A DNA stretch of 64,000 nt from a virus. The notes under the pieces were generated by a model that did not search any database, had not been told where the DNA came from, and saw only the letters and a program-made list of their open reading frames with translations. The stretch is from IMG/VR virus record IMGVR_UViG_3300034418_008158, positions 1 through 64,000 of that record. One strand, given 5' to 3'. How positions within the stretch are numbered: position 1 is the stretch's first letter; each line of letters begins with the position of its first letter. Of the stretch, positions 21,629-32,040 are shown piece by piece. A program made the translations under genes and the position numbers.

Positions 21629-23888
21629 TTTCTATAGGTTTTAAATTTAAAATAGTTTCTTTCTTTAATTTTTTCCAGGCATCTAGGTTTGGTCTGAATA
21701 ACTTTCTAGCTAAAACATAGTCAACAACTAAATTAACACAATTTAATGGAATTTTACTACTTGAATAATAGTCGTTTGGTGCTATATTTTTGATAAATAA
21801 AGCTTTTTTCATAAGGTCTTGATTAGTCCTTGCCAAACTTACAATTTCTTCATCAAAATAATTCTTATCTTTACATAATTGATAAATTTCTTCTTTAAGT
21901 TTAGACTCAACCTTACTTAAATGCAGAATTTTATACTTATGTAATTTTATAACTACATCTCTTAAATGTGTAGAAACTAAATCAAGATTACTTATAGAGT
22001 AAAGCTCATCTAATTCAGGATACTCTTTTTCAAGATGGAATGCTGTTGCAATTCTTCTTAGCGGTTTATACTTAACACTCATAAATTTATCAATTTTTAT
22101 ACAATTAGGAATATCTTTTAATTTTTTAACTCTTGTTGGAGCCATTTCAATTAAAAATAAAGATTTATTTATATTTTTACTCCTATCATGAAAAAGAAGT
22201 CTAAATAAACCCCTTAATAACTCATTGTCTTTAGGTGCATAAATATAGATTCCCTTACTTTGTGCCATTTTCTCTGCTGTAACTGTAGTAGATTCAGTAG
22301 TCACACTTGTACCATGATAAGAATATCTTAATAAATGAATTGTAAATTCTTCTTTTGAAAAAGTTTTACGAGAAGTTAAAGCTCTTGCAGCTAGTTGCTT
22401 CGCCTTTCTTTCTTTTATCCAACTACTAGGAATTCCTCCAGGTGAAAACTTTTTAATCTTTTTCCAAGCAGGAAATACTCTATCAGTCAAGACAAGCTTT
22501 GCCTCTTTCCAGGAGTAATCTACTCTTGTATTAGTTCTAAAAAGTTTCATGGACGTTTTTGTAAGTTCTTCCCAATATGCTAAATTAGGTTTTACAAAAA
22601 TTGCACCATGAAAACAATGATCTTTTAAGTAAACTTTTTCTAAAGAAGTCAAATTAGAAATATCAGCAAAATAAACTTCATTACTACCTGATATAATCTC
22701 AAACATTGATATTGTTTGGTGACTATAAAATTTACCATGTTTAAGCTTATAAACAGACATAGTTTGTTTTGATAAACTATGTCCCATATAAGATTTAATC
22801 TTTTGAATATCATATTTTTCACCTTTATAAGTAAAAGCTTTAGATAATCCAGGAACATGAATATTTATAATTTTATTTGGTGTGTCAAGCAAGATAAATT
22901 TTGAATTCTCACAAGCTTTTATATACTCTTGTAAATCATCGAAATCATTGTCTTGTGCTAGTATTAAATCTTCAATTTCCTGTATTGCTTCTTGCATTTT
23001 AAACTCAATTGCTTCTATGTTTTCTTTAGTGTAAAGAATTTCTTCTCTATTAGGAGTCACTTTTAGGTCTCCTATTTCAAAATTTAAAGCAATTGGCAAT
23101 CTTTGTTCTTCATGAGAAAAACGATGATTTAAGCTTTCAAATCTTATAGGATATGTTACTTTTCCTAAAGTTAGTCTAGGAATTGCTTCATCACTACAAA
23201 CAGAAAAGCTTTTATACCTTTTTATAGCAATGTTATTAAAATCATTACTAAAAAACGTAGAATTAGTTCCCTCAGTAAAATCCTGAATATAAAGATTCTC
23301 AAAATAAGCTAATTGTTGAGTTATTGCTCTTTTAAAAACTGAAATATCAGACCATTGTACAGGCACATAAACTTTAAATCCATTTCTTTCTTCTGTTGGT
23401 TCACTATGTAATAAATCAATAGAAATTGACCCTTCATCTTTATACATGACATACTTATACATTACTCCATCATAGTGAGAAGTTAAATAAGTTACATCAG
23501 AGTATGCAAGAACAGAAAATCTTCCTATACCAAACCCACCTATTAAAGTGTTAGAATCTCTTTTTGTAGAACTTCCAATGTTTCTGTATATTTCATTAAA
23601 ACGTTCTTCAGATAAACCCACACCAAAGTCTTCAATAGAAAAATAATAAGCTCCTTCAGTATCTTTCCCAAGAGTTAGTACTACAGGATCATCAACTCCA
23701 GCTTCTACATGAGAATCCCAAGCATTACTAACTGTTTCTCTTACTAAAGATTTAACAGGTTGAGAGTATAAGTTTGTTGATAAAATAGAAACAATAAAAT
23801 CAACATTAGCCATATCAATAGATATGTTATTGTTTTTAATATCACCTATTTGTTCAACCTTACTTTCTTTTTGTGTATCAAATTTCAT
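21618..23888 (-). CDS. rIIA: rIIA-like protein (N-terminal GHKL ATPase)
   Basis: LYS..RETVSNAWDSH, DFGVGLS, STKR, GGFGIG motifs; TPNREEI. Confidence 0.85.
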   Translation of the reverse strand: MKFDTQKESKVEQIGDIKNNNISIDMANVDFIVSILSTNLYSQPVKSLVRETVSNAWDSHVEAGVDDPVVLTLGKDTEGAYYFSIEDFGVGLSEERFNEIYRNIGSSTKRDSNTLIGGFGIGRFSVLAYSDVTYLTSHYDGVMYKYVMYKDEGSISIDLLHSEPTEERNGFKVYVPVQWSDISVFKRAITQQLAYFENLYIQDFTEGTNSTFFSNDFNNIAIKRYKSFSVCSDEAIPRLTLGKVTYPIRFESLNHRFSHEEQRLPIALNFEIGDLKVTPNREEILYTKENIEAIEFKMQEAIQEIEDLILAQDNDFDDLQEYIKACENSKFILLDTPNKIINIHVPGLSKAFTYKGEKYDIQKIKSYMGHSLSKQTMSVYKLKHGKFYSHQTISMFEIISGSNEVYFADISNLTSLEKVYLKDHCFHGAIFVKPNLAYWEELTKTSMKLFRTNTRVDYSWKEAKLVLTDRVFPAWKKIKKFSPGGIPSSWIKERKAKQLAARALTSRKTFSKEEFTIHLLRYSYHGTSVTTESTTVTAEKMAQSKGIYIYAPKDNELLRGLFRLLFHDRSKNINKSLFLIEMAPTRVKKLKDIPNCIKIDKFMSVKYKPLRRIATAFHLEKEYPELDELYSISNLDLVSTHLRDVVIKLHKYKILHLSKVESKLKEEIYQLCKDKNYFDEEIVSLARTNQDLMKKALFIKNIAPNDYYSSSKIPLNCVNLVVDYVLARKLFRPNLDAWKKLKKETILNLKPIENED

Positions 23889-23893
23889 AAAAT

Positions 23894-24355
23894 TTATTTT
23901 TTAAATTCAACAATAGTTACAATCATGTCTTTTAATTCTCTGTTTATAAGAGCTTCAACGATACTCCATTCTCCACCACCAATACCACAACCAATCATAG
24001 GAAGACCAATATGTTTTCCAGGATACAATTGATTCACTTTTCGTAAAGCAAGTCTCAATGCAGTATAATCTAAATTAACTCCACCAAAATACTGAGTATA
24101 TAAATTCATTGCCATAAAAGTATTTCCTTCTCCATCAACAGGTACTTCAACTTGAGTAAAATCACCAAGCCTACTTATTGGAAGTCTAGTGTCTTTTTGA
24201 TCAATATCATATAGTTCAGGAATTTGTATTCTTATTTGTCCAGCAATTCCAGCATTCATAAATTTTTGACAATTAGCTCCATGAGCTATGACATCAAAGA
24301 TACCTTGATAGGCAAGAGTAATAAGATTTCCTTCAATTTTTGAAAAAGTTACCAT
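23894..24355 (-). CDS. Macrodomain (ADP-ribose processing) protein
   Basis: IAHGANC...MNAGIAGQI, NLYTQ, PMIGCGIGGGEW motifs. Confidence 0.85.
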   Translation of the reverse strand: MVTFSKIEGNLITLAYQGIFDVIAHGANCQKFMNAGIAGQIRIQIPELYDIDQKDTRLPISRLGDFTQVEVPVDGEGNTFMAMNLYTQYFGGVNLDYTALRLALRKVNQLYPGKHIGLPMIGCGIGGGEWSIVEALINRELKDMIVTIVEFKK

Positions 24356-25044
24356 AAGATTTTAGTATTTTTAGTTTTAGATAATATTTCGTTAGCAAAA
24401 ATAAAATGATTATTTCCATAGAAGTTTGCTGGATTTAATGCAGGATTTGTTGAAGTCAAAACATAGTTAAAGTCCTCATTTATTGGGACTTTTTTAATCG
24501 TTTCTTCATCATACCCCCTTACCTGGAACTGATTATGAATGTAAGGTATAAATGACTGAGCATTTTTTCCCCAAAGCAACCAAATACAAGGATTCTTGTG
24601 AGAAATAAGACTTACTATAGCTTGTGTAAATTCTCTCCAATAAGTCAAATGGCTTCCTGGTCTCCCTGTTTCTACTGTTAAAGCTGTATTTAACAGTAAA
24701 ACTCCTTGGTCTTTCCACAAACTAAGATCAGTTTGAAACTGATCCCTTGAAGGAAATTGAGCATTTACTTCTGTGTTTATTACTTTCAGTTCAAAGGAAT
24801 TTAGTTTTCCTAAAGGCACTCTAAAAGCATAACCTAAACTGTAGTTAGGAGAAGAATAAGGTTCTGTACCAAGTATAACCACTTTTATGTCTTTAATGGC
24901 CATGCTTAGTGTATTAAATATATCTTTTCCTTGTGGTTGAAAAGATATATCAGGTAGTATGTTCAATAAATCTACCAAAGGTTCTTGATATAATTTATTT
25001 AATACTGGATTCCAACTACTATCAATATTTCTTTTTGAATTCAT
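24349..25044 (-). CDS. ung: Uracil-DNA glycosylase family protein (divergent active site)
   Basis: KVVILGTEPY (cf. GQDPY), GYAF, QGVLLLNTALTV, WLLWGKNAQ. Confidence 0.8.
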   Translation of the reverse strand: MNSKRNIDSSWNPVLNKLYQEPLVDLLNILPDISFQPQGKDIFNTLSMAIKDIKVVILGTEPYSSPNYSLGYAFRVPLGKLNSFELKVINTEVNAQFPSRDQFQTDLSLWKDQGVLLLNTALTVETGRPGSHLTYWREFTQAIVSLISHKNPCIWLLWGKNAQSFIPYIHNQFQVRGYDEETIKKVPINEDFNYVLTSTNPALNPANFYGNNHFIFANEILSKTKNTKILW

Positions 25045-25214
25045 GATTTTTTAGTATTAAAGTTAGCTTCTTTAATTATACAATTAGACATTAAAATCCA
25101 ACCAAATCTTTCAGACTTAACTATATGCAAACCAGATTCAGGTCTTAGTTCAATGTTAGTTGCATCTTCCCATTTATGTTGTTTTCTCCAATCTTTATTA
25201 TATTTGATTTTCAT
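25041..25214 (-). CDS. Small hypothetical protein (57 aa, not in ORF track)
   Basis: MKIKYNKDWRK...; overlaps both neighbours by 4 nt. Confidence 0.5.
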   Translation of the reverse strand: MKIKYNKDWRKQHKWEDATNIELRPESGLHIVKSERFGWILMSNCIIKEANFNTKKS

Positions 25215-26281
25215 AGTAACAGTAATTTTTTCTCGTTAAGAAATGAAGTTAAATGCTTTTTTCCTCTTCTGTGTATTAAGTCAGCAGGATCAGATACTTG
25301 ATATTTTATCAAGTCCTCTGGTAAATATAAAAAAGTAGACTTATTTTGAGTGAATAGAGAGTTAATTTTATCTGAAACATCTTTTGAAGCTCTTATTCCA
25401 GTATCATCATTGTCAAAGAAAACTAAAATTCTATCAAATCTTTGGGCTAAACTATGAAGTAACTTATCATTAGGTGTTTGACCTTCATTTTGAAACCAAA
25501 CAGTATTAAGATTTAGATTTCTTAGTACTCTACAATCTTTATAAGATTTTGATATAATTAGTTGTCTTCCAAAAGGGACAAGTTTATTTAACTCTCCAAT
25601 ATCATCATTGGTACAATTAGTCATGAAACGGAGATTCTTACCCTCATAAGGTCTATACACCTTTTTAGCTCCTGATTCAAAATTGGTAAAGACATATCCT
25701 TTTCCTGTTACAGTGAAGTTAAAAGTTCCTCTTTTTGACCCTTTTACTTTGAATCTATTTATAGGAAATACTTTATCTTCCTGTAAATTTGATTTTGATA
25801 TACCATATTTTCCCCAAAAGGCTTTATCTCTATTTTCCCATCCTCTTGTTGCTACAAAAAACTGTGTAGGTGTATCTTTCCCTTTTGTTATAGTACGGGA
25901 ATAGGATTTCTTTTCTCTAACCTCTCTCTTCTTAAATCCTTCCAGGTTTATCAATTTAGCTTCAATAAAAGATAAGGTCTCAAAGAAATTGGCTAACTTA
26001 AAAAAAACATAAACCGCATCAAAGCAATCCATATTTCTTAACTTAACATGTCCATAAGTTCTAGGATCACCAAAGTCCTTAAAACGTAAAGTATCATTAT
26101 AATATTCAAAATAGCAACCTGGAGACATATCTACTCTAAATGGGGAAACAACAAATTGATATTCAACTGGCTCATAACCAAAGACTAAAGCAAAGATTTC
26201 TTCTTGAGAAACTCTATCTAAGATATAGTCTTTACTTATAAATCCCATTTGATCTAGTTCATCAGTATTATGATTTATCAT
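25211..26281 (-). CDS. DNA primase (crAss-type TOPRIM)
   Basis: SPFR.D..P.C, KSYKD, QNEG, FFDNDDTG, SDPAD motifs. Confidence 0.85.
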   Translation of the reverse strand: MINHNTDELDQMGFISKDYILDRVSQEEIFALVFGYEPVEYQFVVSPFRVDMSPGCYFEYYNDTLRFKDFGDPRTYGHVKLRNMDCFDAVYVFFKLANFFETLSFIEAKLINLEGFKKREVREKKSYSRTITKGKDTPTQFFVATRGWENRDKAFWGKYGISKSNLQEDKVFPINRFKVKGSKRGTFNFTVTGKGYVFTNFESGAKKVYRPYEGKNLRFMTNCTNDDIGELNKLVPFGRQLIISKSYKDCRVLRNLNLNTVWFQNEGQTPNDKLLHSLAQRFDRILVFFDNDDTGIRASKDVSDKINSLFTQNKSTFLYLPEDLIKYQVSDPADLIHRRGKKHLTSFLNEKKLLLL

Positions 26282-26292
26282 ATAAAGTAGTT

Positions 26293-26323
26293 AAAAAAGA
26301 GGGTAAGTTTCCTTACCCTCTTT
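26293..26323. terminator. Intrinsic terminator (potentially bidirectional)
   Basis: AAAGAGGGTAAG-TTTC-CTTACCCTCTTT hairpin with A tract, downstream of the SSB-like gene. Confidence 0.8.
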
Positions 26324-26341
26324 ATGTCATCAATTAAAATA

Positions 26342-27112
26342 CTACCAAGCTGCTTTCTTCGCAGCATCAGCATTAGCTTCAGCAAAGTTGCTGTTAGTAC
26401 TAACACCTTCTGGCCCTCTATCTTCACCTTCAACTTGAAGATAAGCTTTAGGAGACTTCATGAAATTTGCATTTCTTGTAAAAGGGTGTTCTTTGTTAGC
26501 ACCATCTATATAACGAAGCCCATTTGCATCATTTATTGCAGTCCACTCACCAACAGAGACATCAGCAGGACAGAAGAAATAACCTCCTTTCATGTTCTTA
26601 GCCAATTCAAGAAAAGTTCTTTCCTGGCCTTCTTTTATGTTCCATTGGTACTGTAAGAAAGCATCAATAGGTCTTGTAGTATAATCTACAGGTAGAAGGG
26701 CACAAACTACATTAGCCCAAGCAGCAAAATTTGCTTGTGGTGTAGCCAAAGCAGTATTGATTGTCTCTTGTGTCACACCTGTAGCTTTAATAGCATGAAT
26801 AACAACAGCCATTTTTTGCTTCATCTCTGCCTTATACAAAGCAGCATATTCTGGGTTGTCGGGGCCAATTAAATTGTTTTTAGAATCATACAAATCACCA
26901 GTTACATCATAGATGCGGTTATTGTATTCTCTATCTCCAATTTTGATATTAATATCAACTGCATTTCCAGCAGACCCATCTTTTCCAGCATTTGCATTAT
27001 ATGCAATTCTTGTAAAATTTACACTTGGGTTTAACCCAAAGACTCCACCTACTTTGCTTTTCAGCGTGTTGTCATTATCATTGACTGTTCCAAATATTGA
27101 CTCTTGACTCAT
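26342..27112 (-). CDS. Putative single-stranded DNA-binding protein
   Basis: Lies between primase and AAA ATPase; low-complexity tail ending in W; followed by a terminator. Confidence 0.5.
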   Translation of the reverse strand: MSQESIFGTVNDNDNTLKSKVGGVFGLNPSVNFTRIAYNANAGKDGSAGNAVDINIKIGDREYNNRIYDVTGDLYDSKNNLIGPDNPEYAALYKAEMKQKMAVVIHAIKATGVTQETINTALATPQANFAAWANVVCALLPVDYTTRPIDAFLQYQWNIKEGQERTFLELAKNMKGGYFFCPADVSVGEWTAINDANGLRYIDGANKEHPFTRNANFMKSPKAYLQVEGEDRGPEGVSTNSNFAEANADAAKKAAW

Positions 27113-27172
27113 AATAAAATAATTTTTAAAAAGTTAAATTTAACTACTAATAAAACGTAACTCATTAGAGTT

Positions 27173-27502
27173 TTAGATGTTTGACCAAGGATCATTATCT
27201 CCTTCTTCTTCTGTTAGAACTTCTACCATTTCTTGATGTCCTGCTTCTGCTTCAGCATTTTCTATTTCTTGCTGTACCTCAGTAGGGACTTCAACTTCGT
27301 CTTGACTTACTGTATCATCAATTAAGATGAAAGGGTCTTCAACTTTAGGCATGGTTCTTCTTCCTTTTAATTCAGGATGTGTGAACACTTTTTTCATGGC
27401 AGCTTGTGTGATGCCATAATGATCTGCAAGGTCTTTGCGTGTGTAACCTTCTTTTAACATTCTTAGAATGTCGCTGATTTTGATTTGAACTTTGTTGTCC
27501 AT
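27173..27502 (-). CDS. HTH DNA-binding protein with acidic tail
   Basis: GYTRKDLADHYGITQAAMKKVF helix-turn-helix; acidic C-terminus. Confidence 0.6.
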   Translation of the reverse strand: MDNKVQIKISDILRMLKEGYTRKDLADHYGITQAAMKKVFTHPELKGRRTMPKVEDPFILIDDTVSQDEVEVPTEVQQEIENAEAEAGHQEMVEVLTEEEGDNDPWSNI

Positions 27503-27545
27503 AATAATAAAATTTTTAAATTTAAAAAAGTATAGAATATAAAAC

Positions 27546-28226
27546 TTAACCTGCCATTAGTATGTCAATGACAAATTGATAATCATTTTCAATAATACCA
27601 TCAAAAGCTCCCATAGGGCTTCTTGCAGTATTTAAGCCACTATTCTCTGTTTCAAGAATATACCTGGTTTCTCCAGCTTCTTTTATAACATCAGAATACA
27701 GTACAGTTTCAAGTTTACCTTCAATCTGCATGTTAGTAGCCATATTACCAAGAGTTTTAAGTCTCATCTTGGTTTGGACTCCTGATTTGTAATCTTCAAT
27801 ATGACCTGTAAGAATAGCATACTTTTCTTCTTCAAACATGCCTCTTGCTTCTACCTCTTCAATATGATCCATAATATCCTTATAACTTCTAGGGATTACA
27901 TGATAGGGTAAAATTGGATTAAATTTCTTCCCATATTCTGCTTTTCCCCCTGTCCATACAGGATTCTTATTATCAGCATTGAACCAGATATTAGTCTTTG
28001 GTTTTAAGGTTCTCATACCAGAAGATTTACCTGTTCCTGGCTCTCCTAGAATAAGAACTATCTCAAACCCTTTGTTTTGAAGAGCTGTTATCAATCTCCA
28101 AATGTCTTGACCATAATCTTTCCACTTATCGTGGTTAGCTTTCTTTTTGTCAAGCATATACAATTCAGTCTGAATACCTGTTAAGGTATCAATGCAAACA
28201 GTACGAATTTTTGGTGTTTCTTCCAT
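27546..28226 (-). CDS. AAA_24/Sak4-like P-loop ATPase
   Basis: GEPGTGKS Walker A; VCIDT Walker-B-like segment placed N-terminally; TARSPMG.F. Confidence 0.75.
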   Translation of the reverse strand: MEETPKIRTVCIDTLTGIQTELYMLDKKKANHDKWKDYGQDIWRLITALQNKGFEIVLILGEPGTGKSSGMRTLKPKTNIWFNADNKNPVWTGGKAEYGKKFNPILPYHVIPRSYKDIMDHIEEVEARGMFEEEKYAILTGHIEDYKSGVQTKMRLKTLGNMATNMQIEGKLETVLYSDVIKEAGETRYILETENSGLNTARSPMGAFDGIIENDYQFVIDILMAG

Positions 28227-29350
28227 TAAATTTCTAATTTTTCAAAGTTTTTATAAGTCCCTTTCATGTTTACTCTCCAATGTTTAGGAAACTCGCAATG
28301 CCTAGCTTCTACTAAATGTACAGTACGCATATCAGGGTATAATTCATTTCCATCACTATCTTTAATTACTTTACCAAAATGCTTAGAAAGATTATATCTT
28401 TCATCATTAGGGTTAAACAAAGTAAAAACATAATCTGCATCTTCAGCTAAATTACCAGTATCCTTAATATCATCAGAATTAGGATAAAGTAAGTCGCTGA
28501 AGCTTTTTAGTCTGTCCATTTGAGTCATGTTTCTATTCAAGTGTATGATGTGTACAAAAGTGTACTTACACCAATTACGAATATCAACAGTGTACTCAAT
28601 GTACTTGTCAACAGTTTGTTTTCTTTGCCAACCTCTTTCATTCATTAGCTTTCTTAAATGGTCAGTAATAACAATAGTAAATTTGTCTGGATTCTTTGGC
28701 TCATACCCAACTATTCTTTTGGAGTTACCCATTTGAATCTTATTAAATTTACCATTTTGCTCTGCATGATGGAGTAAATACTTGTATAATCCTGTTGGAT
28801 TATTTTTCTCATCTATAAAAGTTATAACACCTGGAGTGATACATATACCTTTTTCAGAGTATTCTCCAAACAAAGGTATAATTCTTTTTTCATAGACTTG
28901 TTTTAGTGCTTCTAAAATTTTAGGCTTCATTAAGATGGTTTTGTGTTCATCATCTTGAAGTCTACCCCTTAAATAGTTAGGCACAAGTGGGATGATATTT
29001 TTACCACCAAAAAGTTGACCATCTTCTAATTCTATATGAGTAATCCCATAGTCATAGAATAAAAAGAAAGTTGCAAAGTCAAATTCTTTCTCTACTCTAT
29101 CTATCTCAAAAGAGAAATAGATAATTTCAATAGGAATATTATTTTCCATTGCATATAAGATTGGCATAATCACAAACCCATGGTCTACAAAAGTAGACTT
29201 ACCAGCTTTAGGGGCAGCAGCAACTCCATACATTCTTGCTCTCTGCACTCCATTAATGGAACTAGATATGTGACTAAGACCTTCACCCATAGGTAAACCT
29301 TTGTTTTTCCCAGCTTGTCCTTTTTTAAACTCTAAGATAAAATTACTCAT
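28226..29350 (-). CDS. DnaB-like replicative helicase
   Basis: AAPKAGKS, YFSFEI, ITDH, HLNR, DIKDTGNLAEDAD motifs. Confidence 0.8.
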   Translation of the reverse strand: MSNFILEFKKGQAGKNKGLPMGEGLSHISSSINGVQRARMYGVAAAPKAGKSTFVDHGFVIMPILYAMENNIPIEIIYFSFEIDRVEKEFDFATFFLFYDYGITHIELEDGQLFGGKNIIPLVPNYLRGRLQDDEHKTILMKPKILEALKQVYEKRIIPLFGEYSEKGICITPGVITFIDEKNNPTGLYKYLLHHAEQNGKFNKIQMGNSKRIVGYEPKNPDKFTIVITDHLRKLMNERGWQRKQTVDKYIEYTVDIRNWCKYTFVHIIHLNRNMTQMDRLKSFSDLLYPNSDDIKDTGNLAEDADYVFTLFNPNDERYNLSKHFGKVIKDSDGNELYPDMRTVHLVEARHCEFPKHWRVNMKGTYKNFEKLEI

Positions 29351-29363
29351 TTGTGTTCATAGG

Positions 29364-29939
29364 TTACTTCATTGTGATAGAAGGACTTTGCCTCCCTTTG
29401 CTACTTAGTTTGTTTTCCTTTACTAAGTCAACATATGTAAGTATAGGATTAGTCATATTTACCCCTTTATCTTTTTGAATAAAGTAGTGTGGGTTACTCA
29501 CATATTTAGCTTGTCTTCTTTCGTGGAGACAAGTTTCTATATAGAGTCTTGTTGCTTGTAAGACTAATTCTTTTGACACATCAGGATGAGCATACATTAA
29601 TGCTTCCATCCTAGCAGTACATTCTCTTTTAAATTTATTGTCTTTGCCAAAAGGCTTAAACAAAGGTAAGTATTCAGTAATAACCCAATCTAATCTGATT
29701 TCTTCTTCAGCAAATAAAGGTTGTAGCCAGGTATAACTATATGTATCTCTGTTATATACAACAATGCTGAGAGCATTTACTTTTTGTTTTAAGGAATCTG
29801 GTATATAGCTTGGTTCACAGCTGAAATACAAAGATAACAAATAAGCAACGCAATCGGAAGTATCTAGGTTATTATTTTGAAATAATTCAATCAATTTTAG
29901 ATTTATCGGTTTTTTCATTTTCTCTTTTTTTAACTCCAT
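29364..29939 (-). CDS. Putative replication protein
   Basis: 191 aa between helicases; AT.LY...YV..PHYFI.K pattern. Confidence 0.5.
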   Translation of the reverse strand: MELKKEKMKKPINLKLIELFQNNNLDTSDCVAYLLSLYFSCEPSYIPDSLKQKVNALSIVVYNRDTYSYTWLQPLFAEEEIRLDWVITEYLPLFKPFGKDNKFKRECTARMEALMYAHPDVSKELVLQATRLYIETCLHERRQAKYVSNPHYFIQKDKGVNMTNPILTYVDLVKENKLSSKGRQSPSITMK

Positions 29940-30017
29940 CTAATAATTTGTCAACAACTTTTTGATCTTCGACATCGAAGAGACTTAGTTGTTTGCCTGG
30001 TTTAACTTCTTTCTTTT

Positions 30018-31289
30018 TCATTCAAAAGTTTTATAAGTTATTTTACTAGGGTCAAAACTTTCAAGAGTAAGTTTTGTCCAAACTTCATCTTGAGTACCCT
30101 CAATACATAAAACCCACACCTTTGCTGCGTACTGTTTCTGACTTAATAAAGTCCTACATATCTTTTGAGATGTAGAGCCATTTCTATCAGAATCACACTG
30201 TACAATAATAAGATGATCCAATCTTTTAAAGGTGAAACCTGTACCACCCATATTTACCATTGCAATTGTATCTTCAAAGCCATCTAAAAACCCATCTAGA
30301 TTTGTTCTGGTAGTTTTGCTATGGAATGTGCATTCAGGAGATAATATCTCTGCTTGTTCAATACTATTACAAAAGATAATTTTTCTTTCCCCCTCAAGTC
30401 TTTGAAGAAGAGTTTTTGCTACATCTGTTTTTAATTGTGAATCTCCTATGTAGCGTTTTCTAGCGATTAACATACTCTTGTGATAAGGTAAGTGTACCTT
30501 ATCATCTGTAAATCTATACTCTGTACCTTCAATAACTACCTTGCCAGTATATGTACCATCCTCTTTTACTACAAAGTAGCCCATAGTTCTTTCATCTTTA
30601 CCAATAATGGCAAAAAGTCTTCCCCCATGTTTAGGTTCTCTTTCAGATAGACCAAGACCACCTTCTAATTGTCCTTTTAGAGTCAGATGTGTTTCATGAT
30701 ATTCAAATGTAGCCACTGTTTTGCTTTCAATGGCAGCTTGTACTTGACTATACTTTTTCATCTTTTCTCTGTTGTAAGGAATTTTTAAAACGGTAACTTC
30801 ATAGTTAGCCAAAATACCTAAATCTACAGCAGTATTGATTTTCATTTCATAAAGAGTGCCTAGATTCAAGGCTTTATAAAGATTCAATTTGTTTTTATGT
30901 TTAGTTGGTGTACCAGTCATAGATAAAATAGAATCATAGTTGCCATTCTGAATCAATTTTTGAGAATTTAACTCTGTAAGATGCTGTTCTTCATCCAATA
31001 TAATGAGATCAAATTTCTCTTTTATCTTTGGTAAAGAACTATAAGTTACAGTAGTAAGTCTTTTAAGGTACTTCTTAGCCCCCCATGTTATAAACTCTTC
31101 TGGTATTTCCTTCTTAACTAAATTAGCTGAAGGAGATACCCAAAGAATAGACTGAGGCTTAAATTTCTTTATTAACTGTATTGCAATTCGAGATTTACCT
31201 ACTCTAGGGGCAAGTAATAATCTCCCATGCAACTCTTCTACAGAATTAACAATTTCATTTTGGATTCTAGTCTTTTCTTTGTTTGTCAT
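30018..31289 (-). CDS. SF2 (DExH-like) helicase
   Basis: APRVGKS, LDEEQH, SMTGTP, IIFC, QKICR motifs. Confidence 0.85.
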   Translation of the reverse strand: MTNKEKTRIQNEIVNSVEELHGRLLLAPRVGKSRIAIQLIKKFKPQSILWVSPSANLVKKEIPEEFITWGAKKYLKRLTTVTYSSLPKIKEKFDLIILDEEQHLTELNSQKLIQNGNYDSILSMTGTPTKHKNKLNLYKALNLGTLYEMKINTAVDLGILANYEVTVLKIPYNREKMKKYSQVQAAIESKTVATFEYHETHLTLKGQLEGGLGLSEREPKHGGRLFAIIGKDERTMGYFVVKEDGTYTGKVVIEGTEYRFTDDKVHLPYHKSMLIARKRYIGDSQLKTDVAKTLLQRLEGERKIIFCNSIEQAEILSPECTFHSKTTRTNLDGFLDGFEDTIAMVNMGGTGFTFKRLDHLIIVQCDSDRNGSTSQKICRTLLSQKQYAAKVWVLCIEGTQDEVWTKLTLESFDPSKITYKTFE

Positions 31290-31313
31290 AAAACTTGATT
31301 TAAAGTGTATAAG

Positions 31314-31333
31314 AATTAGTGGGGGTTTTGAAG
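31314..31333 (-). promoter_or_regulatory. Repeated phage promoter-like motif, copy 1
   Basis: Plus strand AATTAGTGGGGGTTTTGAAG; about 25 nt upstream of the SF2 helicase ATG. Confidence 0.75.
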
Positions 31334-31350
31334 AGAGAGATAGTAACTAA

Positions 31351-31632
31351 TCAATCACACCCTTTTCTGTAAGTTTTAATAATGTCTTTAATTACTTCTG
31401 GAATTTGTAAATTATAAGGGCTCCCTTCTGGAGATAGTCTCCACACTATTTTTTCATTAATATCTACAGATAATAGATTTTTAATTAATGATGAAAGAGC
31501 TTCAACAGTCACCTCTATGTCCATTGTGTAGTGCATTGTATTTCCCCCTTCCACTAGTTCATAGCCCATAGTATCAAATAAAGTTTGTCTAACAATATTA
31601 TCTAAATTAGCTCTTGTTTGCTCATTTTCCAT
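31351..31632 (-). CDS. Hypothetical protein
   Basis: 93 aa ORF in operon. Confidence 0.55.
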   Translation of the reverse strand: MENEQTRANLDNIVRQTLFDTMGYELVEGGNTMHYTMDIEVTVEALSSLIKNLLSVDINEKIVWRLSPEGSPYNLQIPEVIKDIIKTYRKGCD

Positions 31633-31634
31633 AA

Positions 31635-31838
31635 TTAAGGTGTCTTTTTTGCTTTTAAATAACTAGGCCATTCAATTTTACCTGTTTCAGTGTTAGTGAT
31701 TTTCGCTTTTTTAACTCTAGCTCCATCACCAGAGTTAAGATAAACACTAGCAAGTTGTTCTGCTTTAGGTAGAGTATCCAATTCTTTTACTGGAGTCCAA
31801 TCAAATTCTCTATTCCAAACTATTTCTACTAGGTACAT
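31635..31838 (-). CDS. Hypothetical protein
   Basis: 67 aa ORF in operon. Confidence 0.55.
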   Translation of the reverse strand: MYLVEIVWNREFDWTPVKELDTLPKAEQLASVYLNSGDGARVKKAKITNTETGKIEWPSYLKAKKTP

Positions 31839-31855
31839 AATTAAATTTTAAAGGT

Positions 31856-32038
31856 TTACGTTAAAGGAGTGCTGGCTACAACTTTAGCATAACCAGCAGT
31901 CAAAGTCTTTTCATTTTTAAGACGAGATTCATAAAGTGCTTTAGCCCCATCTTCATTTTCTGTAACATAATAGTCACTTTCAAGTCTTGAATAGCCACTA
32001 ACATCTTTCTTTTTTACAGTCCAATATATTACCCACAT
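31856..32038 (-). CDS. Hypothetical protein
   Basis: 60 aa ORF in operon. Confidence 0.5.
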   Translation of the reverse strand: MWVIYWTVKKKDVSGYSRLESDYYVTENEDGAKALYESRLKNEKTLTAGYAKVVASTPLT

Positions 32039-32040
32039 AA

